Origin: Gammaproteobacteria bacterium
GTDB lineage: Bacteria; Pseudomonadota; Gammaproteobacteria; Eutrophobiales; Eutrophobiaceae
Length of the DNA: 64,000 bases
NCBI GenBank assembly: GCA_965261775.1
Contig: OZ253477.1
Location: forward strand, 355,311 to 419,310
Reading direction: 5' to 3'
Shown here: positions 10,691 through 20,900 of the stretch, in pieces
Layout: every line of letters begins with the position of its first letter
How positions within the stretch are numbered: the first letter of the stretch is position 1
The notes under the pieces: generated by a model
Told to the model about the DNA's origin: nothing
Seen by the model: the letters and a program-made list of their open reading frames with translations, nothing else
The model's database searches: none
Translations under genes and position numbers: made by a program

Positions 10691-11209
10691 TCATTGTCTT
10701 GTCTGCGAGGGGAGCAACAGGCTTGTCAATGTTGCGACCGCAATCAGTATAAAGCAAATCAGGCTCCATTCCGGGATGCTTAAATATAGAAATGTCCATT
10801 GCACTTCGGCGCATTCGCCCGAACCTCGCAGCACCCTGCCCAATGCTTCTTTGAGCGGAAAGACCGCGAGCAGATATTCCAGTCCGGGCCCGCATTCGGG
10901 GACCTGTTCAGCCGGAAGATGTTGCAGCCAGACTTGTCTGCCAGCGATGCTGGCGCCGAGCAGGGCGGTCACGGTTAATAACAGTTTGTAAATCGGGCGC
11001 ATAAAATTTTCGGGATTATGGAGGGCCGCAATAAAGGCGATGGCGATAATGCCGGCAAAGACGAAGCGTTGTAATAAACAGAGCGGACAGGATTCCAGCC
11101 CTTCCACGTGTTCAAGGTAAAATCCAAAACCAAGCAACGACAGGCAAACGAGACACAACAGGACATGGAACAGTCTTGAGGTGAACAAGGTATAAATTTC
11201 AGCTCGCAT
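10691..11209 (-). CDS. dsbB: Disulfide bond formation protein B
   Basis: 4-TM protein with CPLC in the first periplasmic loop and a second Cys pair (ECGPG…SGECAEVQWTFL…PEW), matching DsbB. Confidence 0.8.
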   Translation of the reverse strand: MRAEIYTLFTSRLFHVLLCLVCLSLLGFGFYLEHVEGLESCPLCLLQRFVFAGIIAIAFIAALHNPENFMRPIYKLLLTVTALLGASIAGRQVWLQHLPAEQVPECGPGLEYLLAVFPLKEALGRVLRGSGECAEVQWTFLYLSIPEWSLICFILIAVATLTSLLLPSQTRQ

Positions 11210-11223
11210 AGTTTCTCCCGATA

Positions 11224-11499
11224 TTATTTTAGAGGTTCAAATTGATAATATTTTTCATTGAGATACGCGGTCACATCGTCCACTTCTTCCTCAAGCCACA
11301 GTAGTTCAAGCATGCGTTCACAGAAACCGACGCGTTGATGGAGCGCGTCCCGGTCACTGATCTTCCTCTCATCGCCGGTATAGAGTGCTGGCGTATGGCA
11401 ACGCAAACAGTTTTCTTCGTGCAATTGCGCACCATTATCCACATCTGCCGCAAAGCCGGTTTGCGCGTATAAAAGACACAGCGCAATAGTTCTCCTCAA
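11224..11499 (-). CDS. Small secreted c-type cytochrome-like protein
   Basis: Signal peptide MRRTIALCLLYAQTGFA, and a single CLRCH (CXXCH) haem-binding motif. Confidence 0.45.
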   Translation of the reverse strand: MRRTIALCLLYAQTGFAADVDNGAQLHEENCLRCHTPALYTGDERKISDRDALHQRVGFCERMLELLWLEEEVDDVTAYLNEKYYQFEPLK

Positions 11500-12758
11500 T
11501 GCGTCCCCCGTGCCAGTTTCGTTTTCAGGTGCGCAATACGGATCGGCGCCGGTGGATGCGAATCGTGAAAGGCGGAATAAAGCGGGTCGGGGGTCAGGGT
11601 GTTCGCGTTTCTTCGATAAAGGTTGACCAGTGCCGTGATCAGATTTTCAGTGCGCGTCTGGTTTGTTGCGAAATCATCCGCCTCAAATTCATATTTACGG
11701 GTAATCATCTTGAATAGCGGCGCGACAAAGAAAGCAAAAACCGGCGCCACCAGCAGGAACAGGGTCAGTGCCATATAATCGGATGTTCCGGAAACCCCGA
11801 GCCCGTGATAAAACCAGTTCTGATCAATCAACCAGCCCAGTACGGCCAGACCGATCAGGTAGAGCACCGCCTGGAACAGGGGAAGTTTCTTGACATGGTG
11901 ACGTTTGAAATGACCCAGCTCATGCGCGAGTACTGCCTCTATCTCGTCGTAATTCAGTATCTCCATCAGTGTATCAAAGAACACGATGCGCTTGTTTTTG
12001 CCAAATCCGGTGAAGTAGGCGTTTCCGTGTGTCGAACGTAATGAGCCGTTCACAACAAATATCCCCCGACTTTCAAAGCCGTTTTTATCCAGCAGCGCCG
12101 TGATCCTTTTCTGTAATTCCGGATTATCCAGGGGTATGAATTTATTGAACCAGGACGCGATAAATGTCGGATAGGCCCAGATATAGACAAACATGAAGAG
12201 GACCAGCACTATCCAGGCATATATCCACCAGAGCGCGCCGGAGTTTGCCATGAACCATAATACAAGTACGATGATCGGCGTATTGATAATAAAATTCACA
12301 ACGGCGTTTTTCATCAGGTCCACGCAGAAGATTTTCGGCGTCATCTTGTTAAAACCGAAAGATTCTTCAATTTTGAAAATACCGTAGACTGACAAGGGCA
12401 GGGCGAGTATGGCCTGAATGAAAACTACGCTTAAAATAAAGCCGGTTCCAGTGATGATTTCAGGCAGATTGAATGTTTTCCAGATGTTGTCTAATAACTG
12501 TAGTCCGCCAGCCAGGAGCCAGATCAGTAAAAAGATCGAATCAATCACCAGACCGGCCAGACCGACCTTAACTTTGGCCGCCGTGTAATCGGCCGCCTTT
12601 TGATGTTCCTCAAGCGAGATTTTATCGCTGAAATCTATCGGCACCTGCTCTCGATTGGAGCGGATATGGCGGAGATGTCGATTGACCAGAATCCATTGCA
12701 CCATGATACCGGCGATCAGAAAAACCAGAAAAAGCAGGGTAAAGGCGTTCATGTCCAA
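11496..12758 (-). CDS. M48-family (Ste24/HtpX-like) membrane zinc metalloprotease
   Basis: Multi-TM N-terminal half, an HELGHFKRHH (HEXXH) motif, ~420 aa. Confidence 0.7.
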   Translation of the reverse strand: MDMNAFTLLFLVFLIAGIMVQWILVNRHLRHIRSNREQVPIDFSDKISLEEHQKAADYTAAKVKVGLAGLVIDSIFLLIWLLAGGLQLLDNIWKTFNLPEIITGTGFILSVVFIQAILALPLSVYGIFKIEESFGFNKMTPKIFCVDLMKNAVVNFIINTPIIVLVLWFMANSGALWWIYAWIVLVLFMFVYIWAYPTFIASWFNKFIPLDNPELQKRITALLDKNGFESRGIFVVNGSLRSTHGNAYFTGFGKNKRIVFFDTLMEILNYDEIEAVLAHELGHFKRHHVKKLPLFQAVLYLIGLAVLGWLIDQNWFYHGLGVSGTSDYMALTLFLLVAPVFAFFVAPLFKMITRKYEFEADDFATNQTRTENLITALVNLYRRNANTLTPDPLYSAFHDSHPPAPIRIAHLKTKLARGTH

Positions 12759-12870
12759 AAGTGTCCTGTGGAATTCGATTTGTCTGTTGATGATCGTTTA
12801 ATTATTGTCATGAGCAGTCCTCATGGGATAATCTTTAATTAAGTTTGTTTATTAAACAGCCGGAGACATC

Positions 12871-13413
12871 ATGCCACAATCGGAAAATAACCTCATCTGG
12901 ATCGATTTGGAAATGACCGGGCTGAATACCGACAATGATTTTATCATTGAAATCGCCAGCATTGTCACCGACTCTCAATTGAACGTTCTGGCAGAAGGAC
13001 CGGCGATCGCCATATATCAGCCGGATAAGGTGCTTGAAAAGATGGATGAATGGAATACGGAGCAACATAATCAATCGGGTCTGGTGGAAAGGGTCAGGAA
13101 CAGTCCTTACGATGTTGGTGAAGCGGAACGTTTGACATTGGACTTTATACAGAAGTTCGTCCCGGCTGGAAAATCACCCATGTGTGGCAACAGTATTTGT
13201 CAGGACAGGCGTTTTATGCACCGTCTGATGCCGGCGTTGGCGGCTTATTTTCACTATCGCAATCTGGATGTCAGCACGATAAAGGAGTTGATGCGACGTT
13301 GGGCCCCCGGGAAAAAAGCCTATACAAAAGATTCGCTGCATCTCGCCCTTGAGGATATTCGCGACTCCATTGATGAGTTGAAGTTTTATCGGGAGCATAT
13401 CTTTAAGATATAG
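12871..13413 (+). CDS. orn: Oligoribonuclease
   Basis: …[11 protein letters not shown]… DEDDh exonuclease motifs, 180 aa. Confidence 0.85.
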   Translation: MPQSENNLIWIDLEMTGLNTDNDFIIEIASIVTDSQLNVLAEGPAIAIYQPDKVLEKMDEWNTEQHNQSGLVERVRNSPYDVGEAERLTLDFIQKFVPAGKSPMCGNSICQDRRFMHRLMPALAAYFHYRNLDVSTIKELMRRWAPGKKAYTKDSLHLALEDIRDSIDELKFYREHIFKI

Positions 13414-13423
13414 CCTGGATATT

Positions 13424-14965
13424 GTGCGCTTTATGTCATCAGTCAGTGGAATATTATTAAATCATTTATATTCGGCCAGTCAGTCCCGCGAGCTGGATCG
13501 TATCGCCATAGATGAGTTCGGCATCCCTGCCGGTGATTTAATGCAGGCCGCCGGCCGTTTCAGTTATACCACGCTGAAACGGCGCTGGCCGGAGGCCGAT
13601 GCTATTACCGTGATATGCGGGGGCGGCAATAACGCCGGAGACGGTTATGTGCTGGCGCGGCTGGCGCAAATGGAGAAAAAGCGGGTTTCGGTGATTAACC
13701 TGTTTGACCCTGAAAAGCTCAAAGGTGAAGCGCTCGTCGCGTATAAAGATATGCTTGCCACCGGTATTTCTCCGGAAAAAAAATGGTTCCCCGGATTTAT
13801 CCGGGAGGCGGATGTGGTGGTGGACGCGATATTTGGTACCGGGCTGAAGGGGAATGTGGAAGGCGTGCCGGGCGATGTGGTCGCCGCCGTCAACGCCGCC
13901 CCCGTACCGGTGATATCCATTGATATTCCTTCCGGTTTAAACGCCGATACCGGCAACATTATGCGGCAGGCGATCGATGCCGATGTGACAACGACATTCA
14001 TCGGCCTGAAAAAGGGCATGTTCACAGCCGATGGCCCTCAGTGTTGCGGCCAGATTGAGTTTGATCGGTTGAATGTCCCCGACGAGTGTTATCAGCGTCT
14101 CGGCGAACCGTCCGCGTGGCGACTGCAAACGGATGAATTGAACGCCGCGCTGACGCCCAGAAAACGTAACTCACACAAGGGGAGCTACGGTCATGTCCTG
14201 ATCGTTGGCGGTGATAACGGTTATCAGGGCGCCGTTCGAATGGCTGCCGAAGCTGCCGCCAGAGTCGGCGCGGGGCTTGTCAGTCTGGCGACACGTGCGA
14301 CACATGCCGCCCAAATCAGCGCTGCGCGACCGGAGATCATGTCTCATGGTATTGCGGGTCCGGATCAACTTGTACCCCTGATTGAACGGGCGAATGTCGT
14401 TGCGATCGGGCCGGGTCTGGGGCATTCCGAGTGGGCCAAATCATTACTGATGCATGTGCTTGAAACAACGTTACCCCTGGTGATTGACGCCGATGCGCTG
14501 ACCGTCCAGGTGCGGCGACCGGAGGCGTCGGGGCAATGGGTTATTACGCCACATCCGGGCGAGGCGGCGCGCCTGTTGAAACTCAGCGCACGGGATATTC
14601 AGGCGGATCGCTTCGGGGCGATAAAAATGTTGCGGGAGCGCTGGCCGGGGCCGATCATATTAAAAGGAAGCGGCACATTGGTCGCGGATAAGGTGGGACG
14701 GGTATTTATCTGTGATAAAGGTAATCCGGGAATGTCATCCGGCGGTATGGGCGATGTGCTGACGGGTGTTGTCGCCGGCCTGATCGCGCAAGGCATTGAA
14801 CCCGAACAGGCGGCCAGGCTCGGTGTTTGTCTGCATGCTGACGCGGCCGACCGGGCAGCGCACGCGGAGGGGGAACGCGGACTGATGGCGATGGACCTGA
14901 TGCCACACCTGCGTCATCTGGCGAACCCCTGGCCTGTGCAGTCCGCAGACCATCCTGAAAAATAG
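13424..14965 (+). CDS. nnr: Bifunctional NAD(P)H-hydrate repair enzyme (epimerase/dehydratase, YjeF)
   Basis: YjeF-N plus carbohydrate-kinase-like C-terminal domain. The conserved yjeF-yjeE neighbourhood is present. Confidence 0.8.
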   Translation: MRFMSSVSGILLNHLYSASQSRELDRIAIDEFGIPAGDLMQAAGRFSYTTLKRRWPEADAITVICGGGNNAGDGYVLARLAQMEKKRVSVINLFDPEKLKGEALVAYKDMLATGISPEKKWFPGFIREADVVVDAIFGTGLKGNVEGVPGDVVAAVNAAPVPVISIDIPSGLNADTGNIMRQAIDADVTTTFIGLKKGMFTADGPQCCGQIEFDRLNVPDECYQRLGEPSAWRLQTDELNAALTPRKRNSHKGSYGHVLIVGGDNGYQGAVRMAAEAAARVGAGLVSLATRATHAAQISAARPEIMSHGIAGPDQLVPLIERANVVAIGPGLGHSEWAKSLLMHVLETTLPLVIDADALTVQVRRPEASGQWVITPHPGEAARLLKLSARDIQADRFGAIKMLRERWPGPIILKGSGTLVADKVGRVFICDKGNPGMSSGGMGDVLTGVVAGLIAQGIEPEQAARLGVCLHADAADRAAHAEGERGLMAMDLMPHLRHLANPWPVQSADHPEK

Positions 14966-15034
14966 ATACGGATTGGCGCCTTTGTTGAAACGGGTACTGG
15001 TCAGTCGGTTTACAGTGCTTGTGCAACGTGCGGT

Positions 15035-15490
15035 TTGCGTACAATGAATCTGCTTATTGATGATTCCGCTATGATGGAATCTTTCGGGGCAAGGATAGCC
15101 GGTATGATCAAGGGCGGGGAAGTCATTTATCTCAGCGGAGAGCTGGGCACCGGAAAAACCACTTTCGCTCGTGGTTTTCTGGCGGCAGCGGGATATAAGG
15201 GAAAGGTTAAAAGTCCGACCTACGGTTTGATTGAAACCTACTCTCTGGACGGTTTTGATGTTCATCACTTTGACTTGTACCGTCTGCATGGTCCGGAAGA
15301 ATTGGAGCAGATGGGCATTCGGGACTATTGTACGTTTGAGGCCGTCTGTCTGTTTGAATGGCCGGAACGGGGCGGCGATATGTTACCGTCACCCGATATC
15401 CGTATCCATATCACCCATGATGACGAATGTCGCCGTGTCAGACTGGAAGCCGAATCGGATAATGGCCTATTGATACTCGGGCGACTTTGA
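15035..15490 (+). CDS. tsaE: tRNA t6A biosynthesis ATPase TsaE (YjeE)
   Basis: P-loop GELGTGKTTFARG, ~150 aa, located downstream of nnr. Confidence 0.8.
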   Translation: MRTMNLLIDDSAMMESFGARIAGMIKGGEVIYLSGELGTGKTTFARGFLAAAGYKGKVKSPTYGLIETYSLDGFDVHHFDLYRLHGPEELEQMGIRDYCTFEAVCLFEWPERGGDMLPSPDIRIHITHDDECRRVRLEAESDNGLLILGRL

Positions 15491-15590
15491 GTCGCCATTC
15501 CCGCCGGAATGTGTCGCTAAAATATCGCATTTTGATATAAGTTGTATTTGTTGCATAATCGGATTGATTGAAAATTATTAATAATTTGCC

Positions 15591-16109
15591 ATGTCTGGTG
15601 ACAACGTAAAATTTACTAAAAAAATTACTCAATCGGGTGGTCTGACCATAACGCTGTTGATATTGTGGCTGGTGTTGTCGGGTTACACGACGCCGTTGTT
15701 ATTATTTCTGGGGGCTGTGTCCGTGGCTCTGGTCGTTGTCATCAGTCAGCGTATGCAGTTGATAGAGTATCACAAGCCGAATGTATTGTTGCAGACGTTG
15801 CGGTCGGTTCCTTATGGTTTCTGGTTGCTGGCCAGGATATTGGAGTCCAATATTGACGTGTGCAAACGTATCCTTAATCCGAAATTACCTGTTAGTCCGG
15901 TGCTGATCAGACTTGCTTCAAGTCAGGAGGGTGATTTGGCCAGAACGGCCTATGCGAATTCGATTACTCTGACGCCGGGCACTGTCTCAATTGATGTGGA
16001 TGGCAAGGATATAGAGGTGCATGCCCTGACGCAGGCGGGTGCCAGGGAGCTGGCGGTCGGCGATATGGATCGCCGGATTACAGAGGTTGAGAAAAAGTCT
16101 TATGTTTGA
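15591..16109 (+). CDS. mnhE: Mrp/Mnh-type cation/proton antiporter subunit E
   Basis: Diagnostic ANSITLTPGT motif of MrpE/MnhE. Confidence 0.65.
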   Translation: MSGDNVKFTKKITQSGGLTITLLILWLVLSGYTTPLLLFLGAVSVALVVVISQRMQLIEYHKPNVLLQTLRSVPYGFWLLARILESNIDVCKRILNPKLPVSPVLIRLASSQEGDLARTAYANSITLTPGTVSIDVDGKDIEVHALTQAGARELAVGDMDRRITEVEKKSYV

Positions 16110-16383
16110 ATGGGCGACGGGTTTGATTTTATGCGCGATGTTTTTGGCGCTGTTGTCCGCCATTCTCGGCAAGACGGTATATGACAAAATATTGGCGGTC
16201 AATGTCTTCGGCACCATCACCGTATTATTTATCACGTTGTTTGGCTTTCTGACGGGACGCCCTGATTTTCTTGATATCGCGCTGGCTTATGCCTTGATCA
16301 GTTTTGTAGCCACCATCGCGATTTTGAAATTCTTTGAATGCGGCGATATAGGGCATCCCCATCCTGCTGAGGATACGGAGTAA
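16102..16383 (+). CDS. mnhF: Mrp/Mnh antiporter subunit F (start chosen at the ATG overlapping the mnhE stop)
   Basis: Small 3-TM protein in the MnhF position. Confidence 0.55.
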   Translation: MFEWATGLILCAMFLALLSAILGKTVYDKILAVNVFGTITVLFITLFGFLTGRPDFLDIALAYALISFVATIAILKFFECGDIGHPHPAEDTE

Positions 16384-16697
16384 TGAACCCGTTTTTAATG
16401 ACGATCGCGCATTTTTTTGTGATTGGCGGTGTTGTTGCCATCCTTATCGGTTTGCTTGGTATTTACCGTATGCCGGATTTTTTTACCCGGCTTCATGCCG
16501 CCAGTATTATCGATACGATGGGGACGATATTTATTATTTTGGGCCTTGTTCTGTACTCGGGCTTTAATCTGGTCAGCGCCAAGTTGATTTTGATAATGTT
16601 GTTTATTCTGATTACCACGCCAACGGCCGCTCATGCGCTGGCCAAATCGGCATTGCACGGAAAGCTGAAGCCTGTACTTGAGGAACGAAAAGAATGA
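16383..16697 (+). CDS. mnhG: Mrp/Mnh antiporter subunit G
   Basis: ~100-aa 3-TM protein in the conserved position after F, with start/stop overlap. Confidence 0.55.
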   Translation: MNPFLMTIAHFFVIGGVVAILIGLLGIYRMPDFFTRLHAASIIDTMGTIFIILGLVLYSGFNLVSAKLILIMLFILITTPTAAHALAKSALHGKLKPVLEERKE

Positions 16698-17251
16698 GTG
16701 TCATGCTGATTAATGTTGTTATTCTCTGCCTGCTGATGATAACGGCGATAGCGATTGATCGGCAACGCAATCTCTTTTCGACGATTATGCTGACCGCTAT
16801 TTACAGTCTGCTGTGCGCGGTCCTGTTTATTTGCCTTGACGCGGTGGATGTGGCCTTCACGGAGGCGGCGGTCGGTGGCGGGGTAGCAACAATCTTTTTT
16901 CTGGGAGCGTTGGCCGTGACCGGATTTAAGGAAAAATCCGATACCGGTTTGTCCATAACGGGTTTGCTTGTGGTGTCGGTGACGGCTTGTCTGCTGGTCT
17001 ATGGTCTGGCGGATATCCCGCCTTTCGGTCTGGCAGATAATCCGGTGCAGACTTATCTGGCCGCAAAATATGTTGATGAGTCCGCTGTTGAGATAGGCAT
17101 ACCTAATCTGGTGACCTCCATTCTTGCCAGTTATCGGGGTTACGATACTTTGGGCGAAACGATGGTCATTTTTACCGCCGGGGTTGGTATATTGATGTTG
17201 CTGGAACGCAACCGCGAAGAGCGCAAAAATTTATCCGGGGGGGACCACTGA
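16694..17251 (+). CDS. MnhB/MbhD-like membrane subunit (DUF4040-like)
   Basis: Polytopic, Gly-rich TM segments, translationally coupled to its neighbours. Confidence 0.45.
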   Translation: MSVMLINVVILCLLMITAIAIDRQRNLFSTIMLTAIYSLLCAVLFICLDAVDVAFTEAAVGGGVATIFFLGALAVTGFKEKSDTGLSITGLLVVSVTACLLVYGLADIPPFGLADNPVQTYLAAKYVDESAVEIGIPNLVTSILASYRGYDTLGETMVIFTAGVGILMLLERNREERKNLSGGDH

Positions 17252-17661
17252 TGGAGCATCATCTGGTACTCAGGATTGTCGCGAAATGTCTGATCCCGCT
17301 GATCATGCTGTTTGCGCTGTATGTGCAGTTTCACGGTGAATATGGCCCCGGGGGCGGATTTCAGGCCGGCGTTATCTTTGCCGTCGCTTTTATCCTGTAT
17401 GCGCTTATCCATGGTGTGGAACATCTGATGCGGGTGCTCCCGTCGCGTTTCATGAGCTGTCTGGCAGCGACAGGCGTGTTGCTTTATATCCTGGTGGGCC
17501 TGGTCGGCATTTTTAAGGGGGGCGAATTTTTGAATTACAGTGTGCTGGCAGGCAACCCGGTAACCGGTCAGCATATCGGCATCATTTTGATAGAACTGGG
17601 TGTTGGCATAACGGTGGCGTCAAGCATTATATTGATTTTTTATGCTTTCACTCGTGGCTGA
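17251..17661 (+). CDS. mnhB: Mrp/Mnh antiporter subunit B (MbhE-like)
   Basis: HGEYGPGGGFQAGV motif characteristic of MnhB. Confidence 0.6.
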   Translation: MEHHLVLRIVAKCLIPLIMLFALYVQFHGEYGPGGGFQAGVIFAVAFILYALIHGVEHLMRVLPSRFMSCLAATGVLLYILVGLVGIFKGGEFLNYSVLAGNPVTGQHIGIILIELGVGITVASSIILIFYAFTRG

Positions 17662-17940
17662 GGACGCTTCGGGGGGACTGGAATACAATATCGTCGGTGT
17701 CGACTTTGATCTGCCCGATTACACAATTGTCAGTGGGTTTGTGTCTTATGATGTAACAGACGCTATCACGGTGCGAGCGGATGTCGGTAACCTGTTTGAC
17801 GATACTTACCAGGGCCTGGCACTATCCGAAACTCTTTCGTGATGGGCCTTTTGACCGCTCGCTATTCAGAAATGCTCCTGACTGTTCCGTAGAAAAATAA
17901 ACCTGTGTTCCGGTGCCCAGGGTCAATTTCCTGCACGTCT

Positions 17941-20900
17941 TTATTCGGTTATTCTTTGGACATCGGGATTGTTCCAGTTTCCCTGAATACTGTATTGGTA
18001 ATCGAGCATTGTATTGATGTTTTTATTCAGTAGTTCGCCACCAAGATAAATCGCCGCGCCTATCCCAATGCCGATCGGACCAAATAGCGCGCCGGCCATG
18101 GGCAGGCTACTTGATATTTTGGGGGTGACGGTGGCGATTTGATCGTAGTCTTCCGCACTGAGACCCGTGCGGCCGCTTATGCTGATATCGGCCGACACCC
18201 CCTGCATTTGCAGGTCGTTTGTGTAGGCGTCTCCCCCTTGCAAATTGAAGTTACCATTGATGCTGTTGAAGGCAAACCCTTTTGTAAACAAGTCGGTAAA
18301 ATCCAGCGCCAGTCGTCTCGGCAGCATCTGCACACTCAACAAGCCAAAGAGGCGCCCGACGGATGGATCAATATCCAGAAATCGGCCCTTTCCGATATCC
18401 ATGTTCAGTTTTCCATTGGTGTTTTTCAGGGAAAAGTCCATCGGCGTTCCCTGCCAGTCTGCCTGTAGTTCGATCTTTGTTCTCCCGCCTTCAATATTAG
18501 TCCCGGCATAGTTGAATGTATTGAGCATTTCACTGATGGAATCCGCCTGCAGTGATGCGGAGGACTCCGTGTAATCAACGTTATTGGTTTGAGTCCATTT
18601 GCCGCTGGCGTTAATGACAAAACCGGGTTTGCTGAAGTTGAGTTGATTGATATTGATCCCGTCGTCCGTGTTTGTGGTCAACAGGATGGCTTGTCCCAGA
18701 TCGTTTTCTTTATAAATGGTTTTGTCGATTTTGATATCAAGTTCAGGGAAGTTCTTGATGGTGACAGGGGTGTCTTCGGCCTGCTTGTCGAAGTCGCTGA
18801 TAATAATGTGTGCCAGATTGACCCACAAGCGATCATGGCCACCGTCTTCCGCCCGGATAAATTTCGCAGTGCCTTTTATGTCGTCGCTATGGAATGCCAC
18901 CTCCCAGGCGTCATCAGGATGAGACAGGTCGATTTGTACATCCTTGAAGCGATTCCCCAGAATCTTCAATTCCTCAATGGAGAGATTGAATGAAAGGGAC
19001 GGGTTATTTTCATTTGAAGCTGCCGCGATATACGTTTTCTTCTGATTTAATACCGGCAACCACGCGGACAGATCAAGGTGTTTCAGCGCTGTTTGCAAGT
19101 CAACACGGGATTCATCAACGGTTCCTGTCAACACGATGTTATCATAGTTGATGTGGATTTCCCTCGTGGTCGGTTTCAACCCTATCCTGATCTGCAAGGG
19201 GCGGCTTTCCTGCTCCAGCTTCCCGATCGGTGCAGGTAAATCAATGGCAGTGCCCGTAAGGTCGGAACGGATATTGATCAATTCACTGTCCAAACCGGAT
19301 TCCTGTTGGGAAGTCCCGATAGTGATTTCCCACAAACTCTGCCCGGAAAAATAATCGCGAACACTTTTGCCAGGACCTGGTGAAGCGGGGAAAAACAGTT
19401 CCAACTGTTCAGCGATAAAAGACTCGTTCGCGAGCCCGGAGACAATTACGCTTTTGGTATCCGGTTTTTTTTCAGGCTGTCTGGGAATATTGACCTCAAC
19501 CGGATTACCGCGATAGGAAGCGATAATTTTATCCGTCCAGAAATCGTTATTATTAAAGTGCACATCGCCGTTAATTTTTTCCAGTCCGAGTTCGGATGGT
19601 TTCCATTTAAACGAGGCTTCTGAAAACCGTATTGTGCCGTTAAAGGTTGTCTCTTCTTCGCTCATAGGGATATTTAGATTGGTTTTGATATGGGCATTCC
19701 CGACAAGATTATGTTTGATCTCGCTGAGAAAGGAGCTGTCATTTAACGGACTCTGTTCAATGAAATGACGTATATCATCGGTATGTGCGGAGACATCGCT
19801 TTTGATGGAAAGCGTTTTATTTTCCTGCGTGATATCTTTTATGACGGCATCAATGTTATTAATTCTCGCCTTGAAAATATGGCCCGAGTTGAAGGAGAAG
19901 CGGACGGTTTCATTATTAAACAGCGTTTCAACATCGGCATTGTCCACTGGCGGCCAGCCGAGGTTGTATTCCAGGTTGACATCGGCGATATTCAGGACGG
20001 CCTGAAAACGACCTTCCTCCTGTTTAAAAGGGAAATCCGACAAATAGCCCCGATACAATAAATCGCTGGACACCGGACTGTTGTCGGACAAGGCGCGGGC
20101 CAGCCATTTTTTTAATTCCGGGTCTGTTTTGACGGGCAGTAAAGCGATTATTCTTCCGGTATCGCCCCGGTCCATTCGGGCAAGCAGATCAATAAAAGGC
20201 GAGGGCTCTTCGAAACGTATGTTGCCAGATGTTTTAATGGACAGACCGTTGGCGATGAAACGGGTTTGGTGCAACTTCAATTCGGGTACGGTTTGATGAT
20301 TAAATTCAATCACGCCCCCGATATCTTCAACAGTGAAGGGTTGTTCAAAGAAGGACAGGGTATTTACCTGCGCCTGTTCGGTATCCAGTTCAATTTTAAC
20401 GGATTTGTTATCCATATGGATGGAGCCGTCGAGTCCCTTGACCCAATCGTTGTTATTGTGGTTTACGCCGCCGAGATTGCGAAAGCGCGTGGAAAAGCGT
20501 AGCGAATTTGATGCCGGCGGCGTGTCGTTGATATCAATACGGGTTTGCGTGAGTTCACCACCCGTCAGAGACCAATCCAGCCCGGGACTGATTCCCAGAC
20601 TGTTTACGGTCGTGTCCAGAAAAGGCAGGATATCTTCAAGTTTCAGATAGGAAAGCCAGGCATGATAGTGGCGGGTATCGTCCGTACTTTTTTTGACCAA
20701 CAACTGATATTTCCCCGGTGCCCAGTCACCGTGCGCCGTTTCCAGCGCTTTTGTCTGTAAATTAAACAGCCAGTCATCCTCGTCCCGGCGTTCACCATCG
20801 AAATATAATCTGGCCAGGTTGACGGGTAATACAGCGTTGTTATAGTCAATTGAGAAATCTCTGTACTCCAGTGTGGCACTGAAATTTATCAGTCGAGCCT

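Noticed and set aside
17642-17842. 66-aa ORF with an OM beta-barrel C-terminal-like sequence (…RADVGNLFDDTYQGL…)
   Set aside because: Too short, and it lacks the terminal aromatic residue and any N-terminal part. It is probably a fragment and is treated as evidence of rearrangement only.
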